DNA of 32,203 nt, counting the filler, from Intoshia linei (taxonomy: Eukaryota; Animalia; Orthonectida): NCBI GenBank assembly GCA_001642005.1. It is 2 parts of 2 records of this genome, joined end to end, with 100 filler letters (N's around TTAATTAATTAA, not from the genome) between each part and the next. Parts side by side here need not be neighbours in the genome. Positions count along the whole stretch, not along the records: positions 1 to 21,695 come from LWCA01000626.1; positions 21,796 to 32,203 come from LWCA01001277.1. The stretch is one strand, 5' to 3'. A program made the translations under genes and the position numbers. Shown here one piece after another: positions 11,591 to 22,765 of this stretch. The stretch's first letter is position 1; each line of letters begins with the position of its first letter. The notes under the pieces are model-generated. The model worked only from the letters and a program-made list of their open reading frames with translations. It searched no databases and was not told where the DNA came from.

Positions 11591-14500
11591 ATGGAAATTT
11601 ATATTTTTATAAACATTATATTTGCAGTAGTTTGGAGCGAGTGCCCTAAATCAAGAATTGTATCTGTTGAACAACACGATGCGAATTATTTTGCCATTGT
11701 TCAATTTCCATTTACAACAAATAAATCGAATATTGAAATAACTGGTTATAAATTATATTTTAAATAAAAATATAAAAAGTTTAGTGTGTATTTGGTAGAT
11801 TTTGTTTATTTACATTTTTTTGTATTCATTTATCAATTTTATTTAGAAAAGTCAAATATTATGTATGAATCATTAAAATGGACACTGTATTTGTTAAATT
11901 CAAAAATTGATAAATATAATAATATTACTTATTCTGATTATTATATTCCTGGAATTAAATTAGGTAAATGTATAATGTAATTAGCTTGTGCGTTTAATAC
12001 AGAATATTCAGTGTATATTATACACTGTAATAACCTGATAATAACCTAACATGATGTAAAAAAACCCAACTTTTTCAAATTAGAATTTAAAATACAGTAG
12101 GACTCATTTTTTTAATTTAAACTTACATTTAAACAACAGAGGATACAGTGATCTAAAAATTTAGTTTATCAACAATTTATATTAAAATCCACTTTTACGA
12201 AATGTTAGATAAATTTTTTCATTACAGATGTAGCATCACAAACTTAATTCAAAAAATTTATTTCAACTTTTAGAAAAATCATAAAAATTTAATTATTGAA
12301 AAAACTTTCCATGTGACCCATGGGTTGTACATTTTTATATTTAGGAATTATTAAAATGAATACACATGGAAATATTACTGAAATCAAGAAAAATAATTTG
12401 GAAATTTCAGAAAACAATAAAAATGAATGTCAAATACTTGACAAAACAAAAATTATGGGTATTTAATCATTTAGAATTGGAGTCAACAGTCCAAAATCTT
12501 TCTTCATAATTATTCCTGATAATTTATAATTTTTTTTCTGGTGTAGTTATTCTTTGAAATTAGAAATTAATATAAACCAGTGATTCTTAGGGTGGGACAT
12601 ATCGTCCCTTAGAGGTCACATTCAAAATTTTAGGAGTCATAGGAAGAGAGAATCAGTATTGAGAAGCGTAGAGTAGATTTTTAAAGCACAATTATAAGCA
12701 AGAACGTTAAAAATTCATCAATAAGAGCATTGAAATAACAGCCTGAATAATAGCAGCTGAATCATGCTTCATTTCGTGTTACACAAATCTAATCTAGAGG
12801 AATCACAGAAAATTTAATTTATAACAAGGGCGCATGTTCCAAAACATTGAGAATCATTGTTTTATTCAACGATATAGTATTGTGTATATTAATTATTTAG
12901 GAATGATATTTTATGAAAATAATTTAAATACAAAAGAAATTGTAAAATTTTGTGAGTCAGCGAAATTTGCATGTTTTAATTTGAATGATTTCAATTATGA
13001 TGCAAATTATACTATATCGTTTTCACCTCAATTGGAAAATTATCTCCAGGTTAATTATTTACAATTCTTAATTGCTTATATATGGGCTTATCATAACTTT
13101 TAATAAAAAACCTTACCATTTGTTTATAATGTATTTATATAATTTCTATATTTATTGTATACCTATAGACTGAACGTAACTTCATACAGACCATTAAATT
13201 TCCTACCCAGGGTAGTTGGCGTAGCCAAATTTATGTATCCTTATATTGTAATTTATAATTTTTTATTATACACTGTATATCATATTTAATCATTCCAAAT
13301 AGGCTACACTAATGATATTAAGGAAACACAAATATAAAAAACTAAATATATTGCATCACAGAGATTCAACCGACTTGGAGGATGGAAATACTATTTTGAT
13401 TAAAAAAATAATTTATAAAGAAAGTAATATTAATGTGAATTATTCCACTTTAATTTTATTTTGTTAACATTTGTGTAAAGAATCGTAAAAAGAATTAACC
13501 TTAATTAAATATGATATACAATAATGTATATTCAGTGTCTGCTTTCGATGAGTAAAAAATATCAATTTTGTATTAGTAATCAAGGGCAGATTCAAGAGGT
13601 TAGTTAATGGGATGCGAGCGAAGCGAGCAATATATTTAACTTCTCCGAAGGAAAAAATTTTTTTAGTTTGATTTTAAAGTGTCTCTTTTAATTTCATTAA
13701 ATAATCCTAAATCAATTAGGTCCAGTCTTCTTGGATGAAGTATAGCAAATTCATTAACCAAACTTTAAATATCAAAATTATAGTCACACATCTTTTTTTT
13801 AATTTTTTTTAAAAAATTTAGGGGTGCAACTGCACCTTCTTCACCCCTTGAATCCGCCACTGGTAATTATTATTAACGGAATTAGCACTTTAGAAACTTA
13901 TTTCGGATAAATTTTACCAATATTGCAAAGCATTGTAATAAATTTAACAATGAAAATAACAAAGTTGTACTTTATAGTACATCGTTGTTGTGGTTTTTTA
14001 CTAAAATTTTGTACCAAGTGATTTTCAATTTTTTGAAAATGAGTATTTGAGAATGAAAAATTGCGTAGAAATGAAAACAAATCCGCCCATATTTCTTTAT
14101 TGAAAATGTGCAGACATTCACTGCACATTTTTGTCTGAAATTGCCGGACGATTATTTACTTTTTCATTTTTAATTTTAACCCAACATTTGAAAAATATTG
14201 GTTGATAATATATTAAAAATTATTTTTCACCGGGAGTGCGTAGATTTCTGGGGTTGAAATTTTGCATTTATATTAACTGGAATAAGCTCTATCAGAATAA
14301 TTTTTTTTTAATTTTTGAACCGTTAATTATTTCAAATTTTTTGTTTTAATAAAATAGTTTCGAAATAAAAAACAATGAATACTAAATTGCTTTTTTGACC
14401 GTGAACGCGTTACTTTTTCAGATTGAAATTGTTTTGTGTGTGTTAACTGGATATAACTGTGTCATCTTTAAATTTTTTTTAACTTCTAGGGTTGTTTTCA

Positions 14501-17500
14501 TTTAAAAAAAAAGGTAATCTAGGTTTTTGACGGTGAAAATTATCTTTTTTGAGGTTATCAATTATGATAATCCTCATGAATTTAAGTAATAACAAAATAA
14601 TTTATATTGTATAAAATTCTAGGACATTCTTAATTTATACAAAAAAGGGTAATTTGTGGTTTTGGCCATGAAGATATAAGATTTTAAAATTAAAAATTAT
14701 CATAATATTGATGAATTTAAACGTGATATCAGAATATGTATTTTTGTATATTTCTAGGACGGGTTTGAATATAAAAAAAAGGACAATTAGGGTTTTTGAC
14801 CTTGAAGGACTCAATTTCTGAATATGATATTTGCGCTATAACCACATTTTCGAAAAACTGTAATAGTAATATGGAATTTTTAAAACTGGAATCCTATTAC
14901 TTTCTTAAATAAATGAAATCAAACAGACAAACAGACATTCATTTTTTCAATAATTCAGTAAGGCAGTGCTTTCCAACCGGTGTGTCGCCAATTATCTCCA
15001 GATGTGTCACCAAACTTTTTAAAATTTATTTTTTAAAATTTTTGGTTCTAAATAGCATCAATAAGATTTTCAAATGAAAATAAAATTTTTTCATAACTAA
15101 AATAAAGTTATTTTTCACTAAATTTGATTAAATTCATCACCAAAATGATTATTTTACAGTCAAAATCAATATATAAAGCATCAAATTAGTCATCAAATAC
15201 ATCTTTTCATATCGTTTTTGAAATAATGAAAAATTAATTTAAATCTCGTTTATACAAATTTAATTTTTTTTAATAACATTACATATATAATTATTTTTAA
15301 TCTATAGTGGCGCAGTAATTTTATATTTATTTTGAGATTATTATTAGAAAAAATTTCGTTTCAACGAATCAATAGTATATTTTTAGATTGGTGTGTCGCA
15401 AAAAGTTATTTAGATTGAAATGTTTGTTGCCAACCAAAATGGGTTGGAAAGCACTGCAGTAAGGTATCAAATTCTAAACATCTCGATCGATATTTAGCTT
15501 TAATTTACATTTCATCTAAAATTCAGTTGAGTAATATTAATTAAAATGTGAAAGGGTTAATAATTAATTTGAAATTATATTTATATTTATTATTTAAATT
15601 TTAAAATAATGACCATAAATACTTATTGTATCGTAAAAAAGTATTGGTAAAGTTCCAAATACGTAAACATTTTTTTAGTGTCTAGAATCTAGACTCTAGA
15701 CTTGACTTTTCACTATAAAATATTTTGTTTGAATTAAAATTTAGATATTGAAATTTCAAATTACATTGAAATAGATGACGTGAATTATATATTGGATACA
15801 ATTGAATACATAAAAAATAATAAAGATAAATTTTTTATCAAATTAATAAACATGGATAATATTGATAACATTACCATAAAACTAGACATTGAAAATTTAA
15901 AATTAGCAATATCACTAAACAACATTGGTTATTTAATAAAAAACCAAAAAGATGAAACACCAATATTATTTATAGGAGAAAAAAAAGCATTGATAAACAT
16001 GTTAAACATATTATCAAACATTTTCAACATAATTGGAGGTTCTCACGGAATCAAAAATGATGAAGAATTGATAAAAAAATATAAAATAATACATATTCCA
16101 TTAACATTAAATTATGACATTAATACAAACACAAAAATACCATTGAAAACGTTAAAACAATTGGAAATTGATTCAAATTCATATTCAAATTTAATGAAAA
16201 TAAAATACAACTATGACATATTAACAATATTTCCATTAATAAAATCATTTCCCTCGTTCAACAAAAATTGGAATTTAAATTATATGAATCTTGTCATGAA
16301 TCCAAGTAAAAACTTGATTGACACAATATTGAAAGAATCTGAATATTTATTTAATTTTGACAATGTAAATTTAAAAATTTTTACAAACTATACAAATTTA
16401 TCTACACACGATAAATTCAAGTTTAAAATGTTGGTGTACAAATACTGTATTCTACCAAATTGCAAAGTTGAATCAAACATAATGATCGAAAGAGCTATTT
16501 CATCTCTAATGACATTATCAAAAGCTTTATTGTTTGCATATCAAGATTTATGCATCAATAAAATAATTCACGATAATGCACCCCTAATAAGTTATTTAGA
16601 TCAAATATTCGATAAATATAGTATTAATAAAGAAAGAATAGAAATTGGAAATGATTTAAATTTAATGAATCTATTTGATTTCGATTTTGCATATGAAAAA
16701 ATATCAAATATTTATCAATGTAACCAAAAATTGAATATGCAGACATTTTTATTTCATAAATACATTTCACAAATGCACTTTTCATTTGGAACATATGAAC
16801 GAGTTTATTATTCAAATTTTTTTACTAGTGCAGTCATTTCTTCAAATCAAAAATTTAAATTTCCAAATTATAATAATCATCGATTTAAATACATGAAATT
16901 TAATTTGTATTTTTATAGCATGTTGGAAGAATATTTTAATCAAAAAATATCAAACCATACTCATAAATTAATTATTAATCATTTGAATAAAAGATTCAAG
17001 GAATATCAATATGATAAAAAAGAATCGGTGGATAATGTTATAAAATTTAATGATACTTTTTTCAATTATCAACTCAAAATATTTTTAAAATATTTTTATT
17101 CTCTTCAAATTTATGTTGAAAATTTACAAAATCAATTTTTTACGTTTTGGTTTGGTATTATTCATTATTCTTTCAACTATTCAAGTGATATCAATTTGGT
17201 TCAAAATTTTACTTCATTGGATTATGATTTTGAAAAGGTATGTTTTATTCATTTTTTTTTAATTTTTAATTAACTCATGAGTCATGTAGACTAAAAAAAG
17301 CACTTTTGAATAGATAAAACGAGTAGAAAAATAATAAAATGTATCATACTCATTTTAATGATAAAATATATAGCTAAGTGCATTAGATTTATGACATAAT
17401 CGTGCTAAAACTGTATTTTTGATATTTTAATTGTATCTGAATATGTTAAAAATCATTCATATTTGAAAAAAATCTCATGCATTTAATTTCGAGCATCGAT

Positions 17501-20500
17501 AAAATAAAAAGAGCAATAATAAAATGTTATAGTTTTAACTTATATAATGCTCTACGCGATTTTTGTTTGTGTGTGTGTTCCACTTTATTAAAATAACTAC
17601 CAGTTTTAGAATTTTATAAAGACCACATTTCATATACGTTTTTTGCGGGAAGTATAATAAGATAAATTTCAACCTCCCAAACTGACATCTTACCGGTCAA
17701 AAATCCCAATTGTCGATCTTTTTGAAAATCAAACGAATTGGAGAATTTAAAAAATTATATACGCTGATACCGATTTTAAAATCATAAACATTATCATAAA
17801 TTTAAATTTAAAAAAAATTATATCTTTCAAAGCCAAAACCACAAATTACCCTTCTTTTTTTAATGAAAACAGTTAGAATTTAAAAAAATTTTCAATCCGA
17901 ATAAGTGACAACTTCACGGTCAAAAAACATTTTAGTATTCATATATTTTTTTTCGAAATATTTTATTAAAACAAAAAATGTTGAATAATTTACAGGTCCG
18001 AAAATTAAAAAAAAAAATTATTCTGATAGAACTTATTCCAGTTGATATAAATACGAAAATTAAAAAAAAATTCTTCTGATAGAGCTTATTCCAGTTAATA
18101 TATATACAAAATTTTAACCTCAGAAATCTACGCATTCCCGGTGAAAAATAATTTTTAATATATTATCAACCAATATTTTTCAAATATTTCGATTAAAATA
18201 TTAATTGAAAATGTAAATATTGATCTTACAATTTCAAAAAAAATGTGCAGTGAACGTCTACACATTTCCAATAATGAAATATGGGTAAAAATCTATATAA
18301 TTCATTCTTTCGCAATTTTTAAATTTCAAATTCTCATTTTCAAATCATTTTTAATAAAATTTAAATAGAAACTACAACAAAACTAAAATAAAATAAATGG
18401 AATTTTCCCCATAGTAATACCCTTGTTAACTGATTTTTATTTTTTAAATAAAAACCATTAAATGTTCATATTTCTTGTAAATGTGAGTTTTTGAATGATG
18501 AATGACGAAGTAATATACACAAAACATTATCAACACACAGCAGTTCACAGCAGTTTTTTTGGGTCCAAGAAAAATTATATCAATTTTAAATTATTTACAG
18601 AAATAAAATAAAGTTAAAAATGATATTTCCTCAATGATAGTAATTATTTCTAATTAACTCATATCTTTTTTAATATCTATTAAAAATTTGATAAAAAATG
18701 TAATAAATTAACTTTTAATTATTAAAAAAATTATTTTATATTTATGATAGTCATTATAAATAGATTCTAGAGTTTTAGACCTAAACTTTTTATTAACGGA
18801 ATTTTTGGTTCATACAAATTCGTTAAGAAAAAATAAATAATTCAAAATTCCGTTAGTAAGGACTTGGACTGTATTAATATATATTAATTAATTGTAAATA
18901 ATAAATAATGAATTATTACATAGATTGGCTTAGCTAATTACCAATTAAAATTGAAACTAATAAACGAAGAAAAGATGGATATATTTACAAACTATTACGA
19001 ATACATCAATAAAGGATATCTGAATGAAATTTGTATGGAAGAATGGAAAAGATGTGAAATAATTGAAAATTTAAAAAGTCTATTAAATCACGTAACAGAA
19101 AATTTTGTAATAATGTATGGAGATTATTACATTCCGATAATATTAGAAAATGAAATTACAAAAAGTAAAAAATCTTTTTATCAAAATGAATTTAAAAATT
19201 TATCATCATTTTTAAATGAATCGCCGATAACTTACAAAAATTTTGATAATATTAATGAAAAAATAGATAGAGAATTGGGAATATTTCCAGTGTCAATAAT
19301 TGGTGAATTATATGAAAAGTTAATAAATTATAATTGGATATTTAAAAATAAAGGACAGAATAAAACTATTGGTTTAATCGTTTTCATGTTGGATAAATCT
19401 GAAATTGAAATAGTTTTAAACATGTATAACAATTATCTAAATAGTATAAAAGAAAAAAAGGTATTTTCAAGAAAATGGTTATTTGTGACACGAAACATGT
19501 ACAATATGAATTTAAGTGAAATAAATTTGGAAATTTATGAACAAAAAAACATAGAATTGCAAGTATATGATATATTTAGTGGTTCATTCGTTAATTATGT
19601 CCCTTTTGAACCACCTGAACTTAAAAATGATGACTTCGATTACATTTCAAAATGGTATACTAGATTTACAACTATTTTAACAAAATTTAAAGAAACTGGT
19701 TCAATTTATATTTCTCAATATCAACACAATGTTGAAATGTCCATGTTTGATGATGTTTCATCTTTTAGTTGTGAATGGCTAAAAAATTCGATATTTAAAA
19801 ATTTGACTCAAGATTTGAATGTTTGTATTTTAGACAATATTAACACGTCAATTAACAAAATTAACTGCAATATTCAACATGTTGCAACTTTTGAAAAATC
19901 AAATTTTCACCAAAATTTGATAGATATTTTATCAAAGTATCAATCTTGTCACTCACTCAATTTGACAATTTTATATATTTTACCACAATTGAATGCAAGC
20001 ATTAATTTTAGTATGTCTAGTTTCAATTTCACCAAATATACCAATCATAGTGTGAAATTAATTCATTTTGTCTATAAGACAAAGTATTCTCAACTACAAT
20101 ATATTTTAAATATATTTAACAAATTATCACAACTCAAAAATGACCAATTAAATGGAAATCGATTTAATTCTACTGAACAAACTTTAAACAATCAACAATA
20201 TAAAAACTTTTCAATTGATAATTTGAATTATAGAAAATATATTCATTTAAATCTTCACAATTGGAATTTTAATAATTGGGTTTACAAGTACATTTCCAAT
20301 GTTGATACTCTCTATTTTCAAATGTTTACAGATAATTTTAATGTTGAATATCTATATTATATTTTTTCTGAAAATTCAACCGATTTGAACAAATCGAATG
20401 GTTCAATAAATGTACCCCATTTAAATAGTTCTAAATATCGTGATTTAAATACTTTCAATTTTCAAAATTTTCATTTATATATCACAAACTACAATAAATC

Positions 20501-20519
20501 TAGTATCATCAGTCGAGAG
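11591..20519 (+). CDS. Large secreted or membrane receptor with Venus-flytrap (ANF_receptor) ectodomain, class C GPCR-like; 3' end missing
   Basis: Seven phase-consistent exons (11591-11744, 11847-11963, 12345-12458, 12901-13049, 13303-13423, 15745-17237, 18924-20519) total 3744 nt = 1248 codons. N-terminal signal peptide MEIYIFINIIFAVVWSEC. mGluR/CaSR-like motifs: ESLKWTLYLLN...YIPGIKLG (cf. EAMLFAIDxIN...LPxxxLG), QATLMILRKHKYKKLNIL...KENIEI (cf. AMVDIVKRYNW...KEGICI), AISSLMTLSKALLFAYQDLC (cf. AVYAMAHALHNM...LC). No transmembrane helix seen before the gap. Confidence 0.7.
12578..12859. mobile_element. Degenerate hAT-type MITE
   Basis: CAGTGATTCTTA ... TTGAGAATCATTG inverted termini; TSD not conserved. 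Confidence 0.5.
13581..13862. mobile_element. hAT-like MITE related to the 1698 element
   Basis: TIRs CAAGGGCAGATTCAAGAGG / rc CAGTGGCGGATTCAAGGGG; internal GCGAGCGAAGCGAGC; GTAAT on both flanks. Confidence 0.65.
13960..14945 (+). mobile_element. Long copy of the modular dispersed repeat
   Basis: Contains the AACTGGAATAAGCTCTATCAGAAT core, about 130-bp tandem modules ending GGTTTT(T)GxCCxTGAAG, and an (AAACAGAC)2 tail; boundaries approximate. Confidence 0.75.
14964..15456. mobile_element. hAT MITE, young insertion
   Basis: Perfect 15-bp TIR CAGTGCTTTCCAACC / GGTTGGAAAGCACTG; perfect 8-bp TSD CAGTAAGG (14956-14963, 15457-15464). Confidence 0.92.
17537..18420 (-). mobile_element. Inverted copy of the modular dispersed repeat
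   Basis: Reverse complement of the 5300-5893 and 21235-21695 copies (e.g. TGTGTGTGTTCCACTTTATT, TTCTGATAGAGCTTATTCCAGTT); includes an approximately 55-bp tandem duplication at 18000-18110. Confidence 0.8.
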
Positions 20520-20760
20520 GTATATATTATTATGGCCATTATTGATAGTCTATTAACTCTTAGGCTCTACGAGCTATTTTTTAGCATAAAATGAAAATAT
20601 TTTACTAATAATAATTATAATATTAAGTGTTAAGTAAAAAACTTTAAATTAGGTGTATAACACTCAGTTGTTTTTCTAGAAGTAAAATCAATTTACAAGG
20701 TATTTAAATGACACTATCAAGTATATACATAAATTTGAATATAATTGATATTATGTCAGT

Positions 20761-20810
20761 CAGGGGTCGGCAACCAGTGGCCCACATAATACTTTTATGG
20801 GCCCATTGAG
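20761..20810. mobile_element. Solo hAT/Charlie-type terminus
   Basis: CAGGGGTCGGCAACCAGTGGCCC; a similar opposite-end remnant (GGTTGCCGCCACT) lies at about 31190. Confidence 0.45.
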
Positions 20811-21024
20811 TAAATATTTAAATTATTTATTTTTAAATTTTTCAACTTTTAAACACATATTTAAAAATTTGTCTACTATAATTATAATCATTTTAATGTC
20901 AGCAAAATCGTTTAATTTATAAGCCAAAATGATGCTAAAATTGAGCCTTAAAATTTAAATTTGATGAAATATTTCATGATAAAATGGTAAAATCAGTTTT
21001 TAATTAGGAATGCATTGATTTGTG

Positions 21025-21695
21025 GTGTTGAAATTTTTTATCTATATCAACTGGAATAAGCTGTATCAGAATAATTTTTTTTTTAAATTCTAGGACTATT
21101 AATTATATCAAATTTTTGTTATTAAAATAGTTACCAAATAAAAAAAACAAAAAACTTTTTTTATTTTTGAATAAAATGGTAATCTGTGGTTTTGACTCTG
21201 AAGATTATATGTAGAGATGAATTATATAGATTCTCACCCATATTTCTTTATTGGAAATGTGTAGACGTTCAATGCACATTTTTTTTGAAATTTTAAGATC
21301 AATATTTACATTTTCAATTTTTATTTTAATCGAAATATTTGAAAAATATTGGTTGATAATATATTAAAAATTATTTTTCACCGGGAATGCGTAGATTTCT
21401 GGGGTTGTATTTTTGTATTTATATCAACTGGAATAAGCTCTATCAGAATAATCGTTTTTTTTAATTTTCGAACAGTTAATTATTTCACATTTTTGGTTTT
21501 AATAAAATATTTTGGAAAAAAAATATATGAATACTAAAATGCCTTTTTGACCGTGAAGTCGTCACTTATTCGTATTGAAATTTTCTGTGTGTGTTAACAG
21601 GATACAACTATACCACCTGTAAAATATTTGAAATTCTAAGACTGTTTTCATTAAAAAAAGAAGGGTAATTTGTGGTTTTGGCCCTGAAGATGTAA
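21025..21695 (+). mobile_element. Copies of the modular dispersed repeat running into the assembly gap
   Basis: Two cores (21045, 21420); near-identical to 5300-5620 and to the reverse complement of 17830-18290. Confidence 0.8.
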
Positions 21696-21795
21696 NNNNN
21701 NNNNNNNNNNNNNNNNNNNNNNNNNNNNNNNNNNNNNNNTTAATTAATTAANNNNNNNNNNNNNNNNNNNNNNNNNNNNNNNNNNNNNNNNNNNN
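21696..21795. other. Artificial scaffold linker / gap of unknown size
   Basis: Exactly 44 N + TTAATTAATTAA (stops in all six frames) + 44 N = 100 nt. Confidence 0.95.
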
Positions 21796-22056
21796 TTGCC
21801 TTGTGATGACATGAAAAACTTTTGAATGGTCAAATAATTCAATTTTTCTTTCGAAAATACCTCTTCCATATTCATACAATTGCCACAAATCGCAGATGGA
21901 AGTCTATGATCATTTTTATCCAAACCTTTTACAAAATATTTCTCAATTAAATCATATACATTCTGATAACACAACTCCATCTTTATTAGTTTTACTGAAG
22001 CATAGTATGTATATCCTTTTTCTATAATCCTCATGTGTACACACACGTCTGGGCAT
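21796..22056 (-). pseudogene. Frameshifted N-terminus of a probable DNA-transposon protein (Zn-binding CxxC...CxxC)
   Basis: Two overlapping ORFs join by one frameshift into MPRRVCTHEDYRKRIYILCFSK...YDLIEKYFVKGLDKNDHRLPSAICGNC. It is intronless, runs into the gap, and resembles N-termini of invertebrate (possibly Sola2-type) transposases; the family call is uncertain. Confidence 0.45.
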
Positions 22057-22765
22057 ATTTATAAACAGATAAAAATACAAGAATGTGCAAAAAAATGAGA
22101 TGAATAGTTTTTTGAATTTCGAATATGAAAATTTAAATTTTAATGAAGTTTCTATCAAAAGCTTTAAATTTAAAATTTAACAGTAAATAAAAATTATATT
22201 CAGTATAAAATGTTAACAAAATGAAAATTTAAATAGTTTTTTGCATTGAAATTTCAAATTTTGCATAAAATTTACATTTCTTGCATTTAAAAAAAAAGCC
22301 AACTAAGAATTTTTTTAATTTTTTTTTTAAAATACTCCAGAAAGTTTACCGGTTTAGAAAGTGTATAATTTGTAGACCTACAATTTTTTTTATCTAAAAT
22401 TTATTCAGACAGGCTGTGTACTGTAGTTGTTCATGAGAATTGTAAGTTGAAATTTCAATTTAGCGTTATTGAGAGGCTGACTAATTAGTTTCCTAGTGAA
22501 TTCTAGTTAAATTATTTAATGGTATTTCTTGATAATAATTTGATAAAATTCATTAATTTATTCAAATTGATTGAGATTAAAGAATTATTATGATAATAAT
22601 GTTATGTTATATTATTGTTTGTAATAAAATGTCATGCTGAATTTTTTGGGCTGAATGATAAATTATAAACGAAAGAATAAACTAAATTAGAAAATTAACT
22701 GAAAATACAAATGGGCGGTAACACATCGATGACTTTTATACTTTTTTATTAATTATATATTTTAG

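Noticed and set aside
13898-14128. ORFs 13898-14128(-) and 31231-31491(+)
   Set aside because: They lie in the same repeat module on opposite strands and carry no protein signal.
16624-16815. Antisense ORFs 16624-16815, 10207-10395 and 29812-30075
   Set aside because: Shadows of real coding sequence on the opposite strand.
17932-18135. ORFs 17932-18135(-) and 21349-21537(+) look like a paralogous small-protein family (FISTGISSIRII...KKIYEY)
   Set aside because: Both are readings of the dispersed repeat; the frame is not preserved in other copies.
15780-20594. The 497-aa and 547-aa ORFs as independent intronless or viral genes
   Set aside because: Both lack a true ATG start and are bounded by phase-compatible splice sites linking them to upstream exons.
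21740-21751. TTAATTAATTAA palindrome
   Set aside because: Synthetic six-frame stop linker between N runs.
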